DNA from: Tubiluchus corallicola | Taxonomy: Eukaryota > Animalia > Priapulida | Length of the DNA stretch: 64,000 nucleotides | NCBI GenBank assembly: GCA_030141605.1 | Contig: JAQGDQ010000233.1 | Span: forward strand, 248,001 to 312,000 | Reading direction: 5' to 3' | Shown: piece by piece, positions 14,201 to 26,300 of the stretch | Layout of the letters: each line of letters begins with the position of its first letter | How positions within the stretch are numbered: the stretch's first letter is position 1 | Translations under genes and position numbers: made by a program | Notes under the pieces: model-generated | The model's input: the letters and a program-made list of their open reading frames with translations, nothing else | Database searches by the model: none | What the model was told of the DNA's origin: nothing

Positions 14201-17200
14201 GAAACTTAAAACAGGGATGTGATCAGAGAATTTACAACAATATAATTTGTAAAACTTCTGACACTAAAAACTATTTTTTCGATTTCTCAATTCTAGACAT
14301 AAATTCTTTATAAAATTGATATACAATGTTGCAGTATTGGCACTTTCAAGTAAAAAAAGATGTCGCGAGCAATGTATTGTGTTGTTTTTCTAGGATCAAT
14401 AGCACAGCGATGGAAGGAAAAATTTGATATTATTGTTAGTAATCCACCTTATGTAACCAACCAGGATATGATTAACTTGCAACCTGAAATAGGCTGGTAA
14501 GTGTGCTATTATGTGAAATTATGTTTATGTTTGCTATTTATTTTGCTTTTTCTAAAATTACCAGAACATTGTCACCCTTCATTTATTCACAAAAAAGACG
14601 AAGTAATTAAAGAATGTGTGTACATAAACTAGTGTTTAGAAGAGTAATGCTATCATCACGTTATTTAATGCGCAGTTATGAAGACAGAAATGCCTTATGT
14701 GGTGGAAAAGATGGTATGGATGTTATAAAGCAAGTTCTTCACTTTGCGTCTTATTCACTCAGAAATAATGGGTATAAATGTTTATTTCTTAACATTAAAT
14801 AATTATTCTGTTTTATTAGTGCCTTGATTTTGTAGCTGACGTACTGCTTTTGTGAATCGGCATATTAATCTCTCGTTCTCATTTAGCATTTTAAATTAAC
14901 TTAAGATTGTTGGGGGAATTTCATCAATTAATTTTTGTCAAATTTATTTTATTTTTTGTTTGCTGTTTTTACATGTATTTATCGTCTACTGGCCATTTTG
15001 CACTCACAAGACACCGATAATTTATTAGATTAGATGTGCAAGTATGATATAGAAGATGCTGTCAAACTTGTTTTGATGGGACACTATTGCTAACAAGATC
15101 AGTTAACTGAGTTGCTAACATTAGCACTGCTATGATTGATATGCTTTCAGATTTAGATACTGCTGTTAATGTCACCAGTTTTATTAATACAATATTGCTA
15201 GTAGAAAAACATCCTATCCCAAAGTTTGTTAATGACTTTGAATATAACTGAACATTGTTTCTCTTATACCTATGGTCATTTGACTTTTTTACACTTTAGC
15301 AGAATTAACAGGGTGACTGCCAACTACAAGTACACTATTGAGGTGGTCCATCATATACTGCTATGAGTATACATGTAGTTGATTAAATGATACTGTACTG
15401 TGCACAGAAATGTTTGGCAGTCTCCCAACATAGGGGAGAGTCGGGTATATTGAACCCCTTAAAGAACCTACTTCACTGCATCAAAATTAAGTCATGCAGT
15501 GAGAAGCTCCCTTGATGAAACAGTGCAATTTAGGCATAGATTTCCATATACTAAATTTGGAAGTTCTTAGATTAAGTTTTTCCGAGAAATAGTAAATTTA
15601 AATCTTTACGTATCAGTCCAGTATAGAAGACCTGCAGTCGATCTTTATTGGACTGAACACGTAAACAATATATAGATACTTATAATACACATAAATAAGT
15701 ATAAAGTGATTAAATACTTGTTAAAAATAATATACTTTGGTCATTATCAATATTATCAATATAATTTTTTGATTAAAAAATTAGATAATGTAACTAAGTC
15801 ACTAAGGCTTTCCCATAATCATTTCAAGGCAGTTTCCATATTTACATCAAAACCGACAAATGAAAATGTTTTAAATTCATTCATATATTGCAAATAACTT
15901 GTGTAGGACTTAATAGATTAATTATCCTGTTTATTAATAATAGTACTAAAACAGTACAATGAGCATACAATATACGTTATAGCTGGAATAACCTATATTG
16001 GGCCACAGGTCGCCTATGTTGGATCTTTGTACATCTTATGTCCCATATCCTATATTGGACTATTTGCTCCAATATAAAATTTCAAAGTGGTCCAAAACAG
16101 CAAAAATCATAGACAGAGCGTAATGCCCAGCAGACAATGCAAGCATTTTAAATGATTTTTTAGACATTACGGCAATGTTATATGATGTTGTCTATGCATA
16201 ACAATAGTCTATAGTAGCATATGTTGCAGTTTCACAAGCATTGTTGTTTGCTATCCCTTATCAAATACAGTAGGCACCGCTTAATAGACCCTATTAATCG
16301 ATGGGTGTAGTATTATAGGTATAGAAGTATGAGTCATCTGTTTAGTGTGCACTGCAAAGGATTTTAATGAATTCTAGAAACGAACTAATGCCCAAATTCC
16401 TTTGTGCAGTTATAAATTAGAAAAATATTTTAAAATATTAATTTATATAAGTGAATTAGCAATAAATTAAAAAGTATACTTTTCTAAATCATAGACTTTT
16501 CTAAGTCTGTTTATTTATAAAAATTACAAAAATTCCTTCAAAGTCGGCTGCTTCATTTTCTCGCGAAGAAGTTGGCCCTTAAAGTTCTCGTAATTATAAA
16601 AACTTTGAAAATCTGTTGTTGTGTGTGACTAAAACAGTTCTGAATTTTCTGCTCACTCACATTGCCCTTACTTGCTGTACGATGTTAACTCTTGTAAGTC
16701 ACAAGGAATACCGGTTCACTACTGTACCAGCATCCTTGACTGTTAATGCATTAAGCCTGAAAGTGTGATTTGCAACGAGAGTGTCAAAAGGAAACCACCA
16801 GGTAAATGGTTAAATGTTTAGCTTCCAGAAATTCTTTTGGTAACAGTGGGCGAGCGGGTAACAGATTCAAAGCAAAACCACTACGCTAGCGTATTAGTGT
16901 ATGATAAACATTCCTGCTTATGAACAAAACGGTCTTAACATGATTGCTTCTGCTTATATAGTGCAGAAAAGGGAAGTAAAGATGACATAAAAGTAGGAAA
17001 GGCTCTCTGAGCACATATAAATATCTTATTTTAAGTAGGTGAAGGAAAAATCTTGAGTAAATTATGCAGAGTTATTTGAGTCAATTACCAATAGTTCTTA
17101 TGTATATTTGAATAGAAGTGTCCCAAATCCAGGCATTTGAGTCAATTAAGCAAATGAGTCTATTAAGCGGCGCCTGTTGTATGTATAAAAAATAAAAGCT

Positions 17201-19800
17201 CAATGTTCTTGCTTCTGTCTGCTTATGGCCATTTTCAGCAGAGGAAGTTACCGTATATACTCGCATATAAGCCGAATTTAGAACTAAAAAATACAATACT
17301 GAAATCAGGGGGTCGACTTATATGCGCATGAAACAAAATGAACACAAGGACAGACACTAATGCCAATTTTCCAGCCAGGTGAGTCAGACGATGAGGGTGG
17401 TAGTGACAATGATTTTGAAGGTTTCTAATTATTTTTAAGAACACTATGTTAAATTATAAACAGAAATGTTATAATTTTTTGTGAATAAATAGAAAACAAA
17501 ATATTTTCTTCTTTATTCATATCAAAATGTATAATTTCTTCTATTTCTTCTAGTATGTAACATAAAAGTAAGCATTTTACATCTTTATAGTAAAAAAATT
17601 CTATGAACCAAAAATACCCAATTAACAAAATGTGACAAAAAGGGATCAATTTTGTTGAATGGGTATGGAGTAAAATTAGACAAGTTGATAGTCGGCTTAT
17701 ATACGGGTTTTTGCAAAAACTGGCCATTTTAAAGCAGTTTTAGGGGGTCGGCTTATATGCGATGTAGGCTTATATGCGAGTATATACGGTAAGTGCATTG
17801 TTTTGTAAGGGAACAAAGTCATTCGCATTATAAAGTGAACAAATGCTGAAACATGGCAAAGGTCCAATATAGAAACCATTCCAACATGCCCGACTCTCAC
17901 ATATCTAAAAATTGCACTAGTAGTTGGCTGGATGCTTGCATATACATTGGTGCGACATGGCTTGATATCATAAGATTTTAAATGAAGCAAGTATTTTTGA
18001 CACATGCTGGCTACATGTTATCTGCTACTTGGCAGTGGAGATAAAAGCAATAGGATAATGGCACCACAATCAACATGTTAACAGTGATGTTATTAAGAAG
18101 ATAATCTTTGAGTCAATGGTAACAGGATGATATTAACGTAGTGATGTACATGAGATTTGTTTTATGTTTTCAAAGTAATCATCACGAACTATTTATGCAG
18201 TGTGAAGCAGTGCTTAAAATGCTTACTTTATTGGGGTGAAAATAGTTCGAAGGTGTCTGCCTGATTTTTGGCTCCATTATTTCAACCAAATGTGTACAAA
18301 ATGCTATATCTTCAAGCACCATCAATTCCTGACAGCTGTACATCAGACACTAGCAGCTATCTAGTAGTGTATAAAGCTTCACTGTGTATCATGTCTCGAG
18401 TTCATCATGTAGTGAAGTAGTCATCTTCTTTTACAGTTCTGTGTGGTTGGAAGTTGGTTTGGGGCACACTAACACAATACGTAAACAAGTGCAAGAAATG
18501 CATTTTGGCAGAATTAAGTTTGTTGCTCACTATCAAGATTTTACCAAAAGGTAAGAGAGATATGTCGACGATAATGATAGTCATTGATATGAAAAATTTG
18601 TTTTTATCATTATCGTATTGATACTATTCTAAGAATATCATTATCATATTGAATTTGGTGCGTATCGCTGCTTATCTCTTACTTTTATAAAATTAGTTCA
18701 TTTTGATTTTCATTTGTGCAATGGAAATATGAAATTTTTTAAAAAAAATACCTATTCATAAGGTTGTTTGTTTCTTCTTGCAATAGCAGCTGTCTTCAGT
18801 CGGTTTAGTGACATGGTCGCGGAATAAATGCCAAGTGTGGTATTTTTAGGAGCTATGTGCTCCCAAATGTGTATTTTTCTAGTTACGTACAAGCTGTGCA
18901 GCTCACATAAATGAATGTGTCATGCAGCAATAGATCGGTGTGCAACACATTTATCTGTTGCAACTGAGGTATTAATATTATTTTATGATTAAACAAAAAA
19001 GGGAATATTGTCACAGAAATCTATTTGGAAACGGCTTGCAAAAATAAATGACCAGATGTTCAGTACTATTTGTATCGTTTGAAATAATTTATCATACAGT
19101 ATCAGATCATCTGATAATCAGATCGTATCGTTGGAAAAAAGTACAGTATCGTGTTGCCAAATTTATGGTACTTAACATGCCTAAAAAGAGATACAGAAAA
19201 TGTGGTGAAATATAATCTAATAAATGTTAACTGCCTTTTAACTATTTAATATTAATGTTTTCCATTGCTTAAAATACTGAGTAGCGGAATTTTGAAATTA
19301 TGTATTAAAATTTATTACTACTTAGGATCACATTATCACGTCACATCTGTCAAGTCATTTCGTATTTACTTAGTAGGATGAATTCATTAGTCTGTCACCT
19401 TACAAACTTTACATATCACACAAAAGCTATAAATCAAACATTCTTTGTGTCAGTGAATGTATGTCAATACAAATGCAATATAGTTGGGTATCAAGAAGGC
19501 CTATGAAAATCGAAATACAACCAAATCTTGTTATAACCCCATTTATAATGACAACCTTATTTAATGCCCAAATTTTTGGTGAAACAATTGTCTCTATTTG
19601 CAATGACATTTATGTATTAATGCAACTCGTTATAATGCCAAACTCTTTTAATAATGCCGACTTTTTTGCTGTCCCTCAAGTAGGTTATATAAAGAGGCCT
19701 GACTGTACTTTGCATATTGGTAAATTCAATAATTTTAACTTATAAGGTTCATATTTTCTATTATTTTAGGTGGAGGTTTTGCCATTTAAAAAAATTTTGA
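8207..19800 (+). CDS. HEMK1: HemK/PrmC-family release factor glutamine N5-methyltransferase (HEMK1-like), 10 coding exons, ~298 aa
   Basis: Exons 8207-8223, 9164-9284, 11404-11486, 12581-12674, 13123-13242, 13407-13524, 14394-14496, 14676-14771, 18437-18550, 19770-19800 splice in frame (897 nt, all GT-AG). Motifs: [24 protein letters not shown], SAM-binding motif I LEIGCGSGAI, IVSNPPY, YEDRNALCGGKDGMD, VWLEV. The start exon is the least certain part. Confidence 0.93.
9164..9284 (+). CDS. HEMK1: HEMK1 exon (RLAQSVRRVVTYWYHIFEQAGIPDAKFSAHTLVSHVCGQK)
   Basis: ttgcag acceptor, gttggt donor; resembles the HEMK1 N-terminal segment W..FE..GIP.A..S...V.HV. Confidence 0.88.
9455..11265. repeat. Duplicated blocks: A (9455-9772) = A' (10948-11265); B (9784-10943) = B' (14902-16061)
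   Basis: Near-identical direct repeats visible by alignment. Confidence 0.95.
11404..11486 (+). CDS. HEMK1: HEMK1 exon (LQAAGKHTKLSSSQLAKLQQLCEQRLK-R)
   Basis: Acceptor ttacag, with an in-frame alternative 6 nt downstream; donor gtatta; phases fit the neighbours. Confidence 0.82.
12581..12674 (+). CDS. HEMK1: HEMK1 exon ([31 protein letters not shown])
   Basis: Canonical PrmC motifs; tttgcag/gtaagt. Confidence 0.95.
13123..13242 (+). CDS. HEMK1: HEMK1 exon with SAM-binding motif I (LEIGCGSGAI)
   Basis: ttttacag/gtactt; 40 codons. Confidence 0.95.
13407..13524 (+). CDS. HEMK1: HEMK1 exon (DCVVAIDSSTEACELTRINATELGL...)
   Basis: ttttag/gtatgt; V.A.D...A..LT..NA motif. Confidence 0.9.
13640..14040. 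repeat. Degenerate minisatellite, ~90-120-bp units
   Basis: Core aatctcattaccaag at 13660, 13783, 13875, plus a partial fourth unit. Confidence 0.75.
14394..14496 (+). CDS. HEMK1: HEMK1 exon with NPPY motif
   Basis: KFDIIVSNPPYVTNQDMINLQPEI; ttctag/gtaagt. Confidence 0.95.
14676..14771 (+). CDS. HEMK1: HEMK1 exon (YEDRNALCGGKDGMDVIKQVLHFASYSLRNN-G)
   Basis: cgcag/gtataa; PrmC E...AL.GG.DG motif. Confidence 0.93.
14902..16061. repeat. Block B', copy of 9784-10943, including a TA-GGGGAGAGTCGGG transposon end at ~15431
   Basis: Direct repeat that also explains the near-identical spurious ORFs at 10590 and 15706. Confidence 0.93.
16268..17179. mobile_element. Tc1/mariner (Tigger/pogo-like) non-autonomous element
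   Basis: TA|cagtaggcaccgcttaatagac ... gtctattaagcggcgcctgttg|TA; the right end recurs at ~28500-28685. Confidence 0.75.
17251..17789. mobile_element. pogo/Tc2-type MITE with perfect 23-bp TIRs
   Basis: TA|ccgtatatactcgcatataagcc ... ggcttatatgcgagtatatacgg|TA; internal SDNDFEGF* resembles a transposase C-terminus. Confidence 0.9.
18437..18550 (+). CDS. HEMK1: HEMK1 exon (SVWLEVGLGH...HYQDFTK-R)
   Basis: ttttacag/gtaaga; G...LEV and DF...R motifs. Confidence 0.9.
19770..19800 (+). CDS. HEMK1: HEMK1 last coding exon (WRFCHLKKF*)
   Basis: ttttag acceptor, in-frame TGA, AATAAA near 20014. Confidence 0.85.
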
Positions 19801-22800
19801 GCAATTACTACCATAACGGCAATGGAAAATGACACAAAAAGGCATTCACTCTGCTGTATATGTGAAGCAACTGCAGCTCCAACGTTTTTGTATAAAAGGT
19901 TCAAATTTTTTTGAATTGTGTTAATCTGTTACTGTGTACGTTCTTAAACTAACCAAGAAATGTTCCTTAAACTGCAAGATATGCTAATCTTCATCACTTT
20001 TTAAAACAAAAGTAATAAAATTTTCTCTAAATTGGACTTTGCTTCCTGAATTCTAGGCAAGAGCTTTACTTTTAACCTTCCTTAAAATTTACAGGAAAGT
20101 TACACTTGTTTTATTTTTCAAATTCCTGTTCAGTTGAAAAATTGAAAGTTGCATAGCAAATGTGCAGTAATCAGTTTTTACCAACAGGATGTTATTTCAG
20201 ACATGAGGTTGCTTATGCCTGTTATAGATGCGCAAATTTGTAGATTAAACTGTGCATGATATTACAGAGTACTTCATCGAGCATTGTGTCATTGACGTGC
20301 AAATGTGTGATCTTTTTGCAACAATGTGTTAATAAGCCATACACAAATGGGAATGAAATGTGTACACTTTGGCAAAACCATAAATTACTCCATCCTTTTC
20401 TGTTCAAAAATTGAATGATTACAATCACAAGTAAGAATAAACAAACCAAAGAGTGCAATTTGATTTTTATTATTTTAAGATTTGACAATCAGCACAGACA
20501 GTATTATACTAGGAGCTGACAGAGATTTGTATTACATCTCACTTTCTCTTTTTAATCACACTATGTTTTCAAACTGGTGCATTATATAGGGGCGCACCAA
20601 AAGGTGGTACACCTTATTCTGAAAATCAATTTAAATCACATTTTGAGAACAACAACAAAACTTTATGAAAATACTCTGGATCTTACCGAGTAAAAGATCA
20701 ATTGTTCTTAAGCAATGAATGTGGTGCAAAACCTACATAAGAATGACTCGGAGGAAAAGGCAAGGCAGCCTGCACCTTCAAAGACCCATATTGACCAATG
20801 ACGTTAAACTATTTACCTAACACTGACAGAGATTCTGATCTGTCCCATAATCATTACCTATACATTAAATGATATTAGTATTTACACATTTAATATTACA
20901 GATTAAAAATTTTTCATTGATGTACTTTAACTGAACTAAAAATAGCCTCTGCTACCCTATTTTTCCCTTTGAGTAAGATCTAAAGAACATGTTCACAAAG
21001 CTTTATTGATGTACTGAAAGTGTGATTTAAATTAGCTTTGGAGGTAAATTTTAGGGGTCCTTTTACCGGCTTTACATAACATAACATAACACAGGGGTCC
21101 CCATATAAAAGGCCCTCTACATAATGCAGAGTGACTAATAAGTGATCGCCATGGTCAAATTCATTATTTAAGAACCGCTGATCTTTATTCAATAAGGCGT
21201 AAAAAACATTTTTGCAAAATTTCAAATGTGCTCAAAGTGTGACTTAAATAGGTTTAGGGGCTAAACTTGCGAGTGACCATTTAGTCATCTCGAATAGACT
21301 ATGAATGGATTCCAGCACTCAAACCATTTGCATGCGAGATGTAATACAAACTTTTGTCAGCTCCTGCATTATTATGCTAATTACATCAGTGCAGCTAGCA
21401 AAATTTTCACAAACAGTTGTGCATGAGACGTACTGCTACAACACATAAAACATCTGTTTTTGAATTGCATTGGAAATTTAATGAAATTTGAATATGCTGT
21501 CTTAGCTATTTTGAACATTGGGCATTAATCTTAGTTTTTATTGTTAATTACGCTACCTCTAATTAACCGTAACACAAATGTGGAAGACTGCTACAATAGG
21601 AGTGTTAATAAAACGTTTTTAGTTTGCACCAGTAACTACAATAATAATAATTTACACTGTAATCATCTTCCCATAATTCTTATACTTGCTTACACAGTGT
21701 TTGAAGAAAATACTTCTCAAATGACAGGCAATAGATAAGAAAGTTACCATAGTATCTGCGAGCCAAGGTTTAATTTAAGTACGTTCCCTACCCTTACTAA
21801 CTTTAAAATCATGTCAGAAGCAGAAAAAGAAAATGGATAGTCACTACTGAGCTGAACCACTGGATGAAATGACTATTCAATTTTGTAGATCTACAAGTTG
21901 CAAATATACACTGTGATTTTAGCTTGCTCTGTATGTATAACGTAAGCCTGGACAGCAAGTTAACAAGATGCATACAAAACTTGCCAAACCATTCCAAGGC
22001 TAAGCAAGATATCAAAAAGCTGAAATGGCAATTTGATAAACTATTTTTTACTTTCCAATACACTAAGTAACTTGTTTTTGTTGATCATAGCAAAATATCT
22101 TCCGTGGTATCAATATCGCTTTTAAAACAATCTTCTCAAATCTTTACCTAAATTCCACATATTCACAAGATTTGCCAACAACATTGAAACAGTGAGCTTT
22201 ACACAGAACACAAATTTAGTTTACTATATAGCCTATACTACCTTTCTCATCAAATAAATACCCTCCAGCATAGAAAATTTATGAAAGTACCATTACTCAC
22301 TGTCCAAAAATAAAAATATAAATGAAATTGACATAAAATTAATGTGCAGACTAGTATATGCTGGCAAATTGGTTGTGTGCCCTGGCCATGCTACTTTATA
22401 CTATTTAACCTTTATTAGAAACTGTCTTCCCAACAAAAATATCTCAGAAAGTGACAGTGCTTCTTGACTTTTGACTAAACAAACAGTACTTCAACCTAAC
22501 TAAGATGATTACTTATACTTGAAAAAGAACGCTCTGGTACTACTGAATTTAGAGAATGTTAAACTACCATTTAATACCAGATTAGTCTCACATGAGAATC
22601 GTCATCGTAACAAAGATATGAATATTATTGTATTCAATTTAGCTAATAGCATACATTATGTAATAGACTTACTTTCTGAAAGGGCGATGGTCTATAAATG
22701 ACCTACTTTTATTTTTTTTAACAAAAAGTTACAAAACTCGTCATCTGTACTGTACTACCTGCACAAACTGAACCACAATGTGCTTAACTATTAAACATGG

Positions 22801-23281
22801 TTTTCATAGCAGGCTTCTACAAAGATGATACATGCATTGTTACCAGTAAGAATTATTTCCATGTCCACGCTGAAAATGACATCAGTTGATAACAGTTGCA
22901 GTGTCTTGAAAATGCCATAATTAAATGACAATGTACACATTTCATGCTTTCAGAGCATACTTTATGAATGAATTTCATTAAATTCCGAAACACTGAACTT
23001 CCGGTAATCAATATGGTATTCATGCAAATTACATTAAAAATACCAAATTAATTTAAATTCCATAATTACAAAGCATCACAGTAGCATTGTTTTAATACAC
23101 GTATTGAGAGTTATTAACAGCTTGAGCATATCCCTGATAAGCGAAACTACCATATAAAGTTGACTGAGGTACACGTAATTAGTACTATAACTCAAACATA
23201 AGTTTAAGAATATATTAATTGTTATATTCATTGGCAAAATCTCCACTGGTTTTATTAAGCTGTTATGATATGTTCGTGAAA

Positions 23282-23378
23282 TCAGGACTTTGCCACACGG
23301 GCTGGAATTGGAGGTGGGGGTTTCTTAGCCAATGGAACATTTTCATAAACTGGTCGTGGGCTGTCATCAAATGGTGAC
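23282..23378 (-). CDS. PTPN11: PTPN11 last coding exon (YENV, proline-rich end)
   Basis: [31 protein letters not shown]. Confidence 0.9.
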
Positions 23379-26300
23379 CTAGAAAGGTAAAAGGAATGCT
23401 GGAATCCGATAAAGTAAATATTGCACATTAAAAATAAGTGTAAAAAATACTACTAAATACAATTGGTGTTATACTAAAACTTGACCGAAGTGAAATCCAA
23501 GGCCTAAATCCTTCAAATACTATAGACCCTGATAGTGCTAGTTTATTTTCCTGCTTCACTTGGGTGTTTTCTTATTTCCATTCACTTTCATTTTTAAAAC
23601 TTTACCTATCTTCAATAAATAATACATCAAGTCTATGACTCAAAATATTTAAACATGTAAATTAAGCACATAAAATCTCCATTATCAATACCAATAAGTG
23701 AGTTTTCATATATCAAATCTGTTGATAAACCTCTATAAATTTGAAAATGTGGAAAACATTAAACATGCTTGGCTTTGGTTACCATGCAACCATCATTACA
23801 ACTTTCACAAGCTTGGTGATAAGCAAATAACTTGAACTGAATACCGAAAAGGCAAGCAAAATTGATCTTTGACCTCGAACTGATCTTTCATTTTACTTTC
23901 ATTTACCATAGTGGCCTTAGTCATAAGATGATCATAAGCTGTCATCAAATGGTGCATCAAATGGTGTCATCAAATAACATTCATAGTTAATAAAAATTAA
24001 CAGAGGAAATTTGCTTAGAAGCTTCAAACTTGAACCACCCATCAAGCATCAGTTAATTAGTTCACTGAGGTGTAATTCAATTCCACTTATATCACCTCTC
24101 GACATTAGCAAATTTAATCCTCGTGATGTTTAGCTTAACTATTCCAACATACCCTGCCCAAAAGTAAATAATTATTGCAAAAAACATTGCATTCGTAAAA
24201 CATTTAGTATGTTTACTTACTTTGGAACAGTTTTAGAGGTGGGTGTAGATGGGGCAGGTGGAAGAGCATTTTTTCGCCCAGCAGTCTGATTATCTCCATT
24301 ACCAGACTCACTGCAGTATTTGATATTTGTGTATTCCCGACCTAGCTGTAAACTCTTTTGTTCTGCCTATAGATAAAAAGTGTAATGTTTTATATAGACA
24401 TTTACATTAACGACATAACCAATTGGAAGCAGAAGTAGCCACACAAAAAAAGTATAGACCTTCCAGTTGAGTTTTGCTTCATTATTTCATAAACTTTCCT
24501 TCAGAAAAAGCCAACAGAATTAGGTTTAAATAATTTTTTATAGATGAGAAAGTGTTATCAGAGTATAACTATTTTTTGCATTACAGCTCTTGCTGCAAAA
24601 TAATTTTACAGCTGTTAAAAATGATTTTAAATTGATGGCGACTAAATTGGAATAAATATGGACAAATATTGTCGGTGCAAACTAAGAAATTGCATCAGAA
24701 ACAATGTAGTCATTAATATATCGAGGCAAATCTGCATTTAATTTTCACTTTAAATCAGGAAGAACACAAAAAGCGATGCAAAATATGATCCAAGTCTTTA
24801 AATTAGTTTAGTAATCTAACAAATTGCTATCACACATTCAGTTACTCCTGAAATTACATTAAAATGTTTTAGCATACGTCATACCTGCATGCGCTGCTGC
24901 ATTGTCTCTACATAATGCTTTATCGCAAGATAAACAAATTTATATTGGGCTTCTGTCTGTACCATTCCTGACCGTTGACCTCGGACTATCTGAACTGTCC
25001 TTTGAATGTCAATCTCATGCTCCAGACCTAAATCAGAAAACATAACACAATCAAGAGTCTGGATTACAAAGTAGATTTAATAAGGGCACTGCTCATGTAT
25101 GACTTGTGCATTATCAAAGTTTCAAAATTATTTGTATCAAGCAAAGTCACAATAGTTTTGAAAACTAATAGTAGTGTTACGTTACAAACTAATGGCTGCC
25201 AAAATAATTAAATGTCAGGCCACTCAGATGAAAAGCTTACATACAAAGCCCGGGTCTGTGATGAGCATCAGATTACATTTTAATCAAACACAAATCAATT
25301 AAGTTTAAGTTTCAGAAATGCCAATTATAATTAGCAAGAGCTCAGATTCAAGTTCATTGAATGGCAATGCAAAATTTTACCTATCTAATGCAAATACATT
25401 TCAGTAAACATACAGATGTACACAGTAAATCTAAACACATTTAACTTTTCATTCAAAGCATAAATTTATCAGAACACTGTCTTTTGCTGATAATTTTTAT
25501 GCATAAATTTACCATATTTCTTGATTTGGTTGACTAGACTGTCTATAATAATGAAGGTGCCTGTTCTCCCAATCCCAGCACTGAAATATAATATAGATAT
25601 AAAAAAAGACAAGTGCAGGTCTTATAAGTGCATTCAAATAAAGATGCTACTTACATACATCAACTCTACTATTGCGAGTCTTTTAAAAAACTACGTCAAC
25701 TTCAATGAAAATTGAGTTAAAATAAATTTGTTCAACAAAAAGTTTGGCATAGTTATATTGTAATTAAATAAACGCTTTGTCCAACATTATACAGTAAACT
25801 CCTCATAACTCAAATCCAACCAGACCGAAAAAAGCCTTGAGCTAGGGGATGTTGACCATTTTCCAATATAGAAACTCCTAACCTCTTGCAGATGGCGAGC
25901 TAAATATAAGGCAGAAAGTCAACACTTCTACACATAAATGACGAGATTTGATGACAATTGCATAAAGAATAACATTATGTAGAGAAACACGATTTTTTTA
26001 ATGTTAGAATTTTCCAGGAAGACAATACTGTTTTTCAGTTGTACGAAACTTTTTATTTTTCTAAAGTATAAATTGGATTTTTGAGTTATGCGAACTAAAT
26101 TTACATGTATTTTCATTAAATGGATCATAATTTTTTATTTGGGTTAAGAGATGTTTTTGTGTGAAAAACAAAGGATTTCATCCGTTCCACTGAAATTCTG
26201 TCAGTTAGGTGAAAATTTCAGTTATACGGAGTTTACTGTAATTGGCTATGGAATTTATGTAATGTAAATATTCACAAAAACATGTTGATTCATGTGTTTA

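Noticed and set aside
10590-15897. Two nearly identical 63-aa ORFs suggesting a small gene family
   Set aside because: Both lie in the duplicated intronic block B/B', within transposon-derived AT-rich sequence
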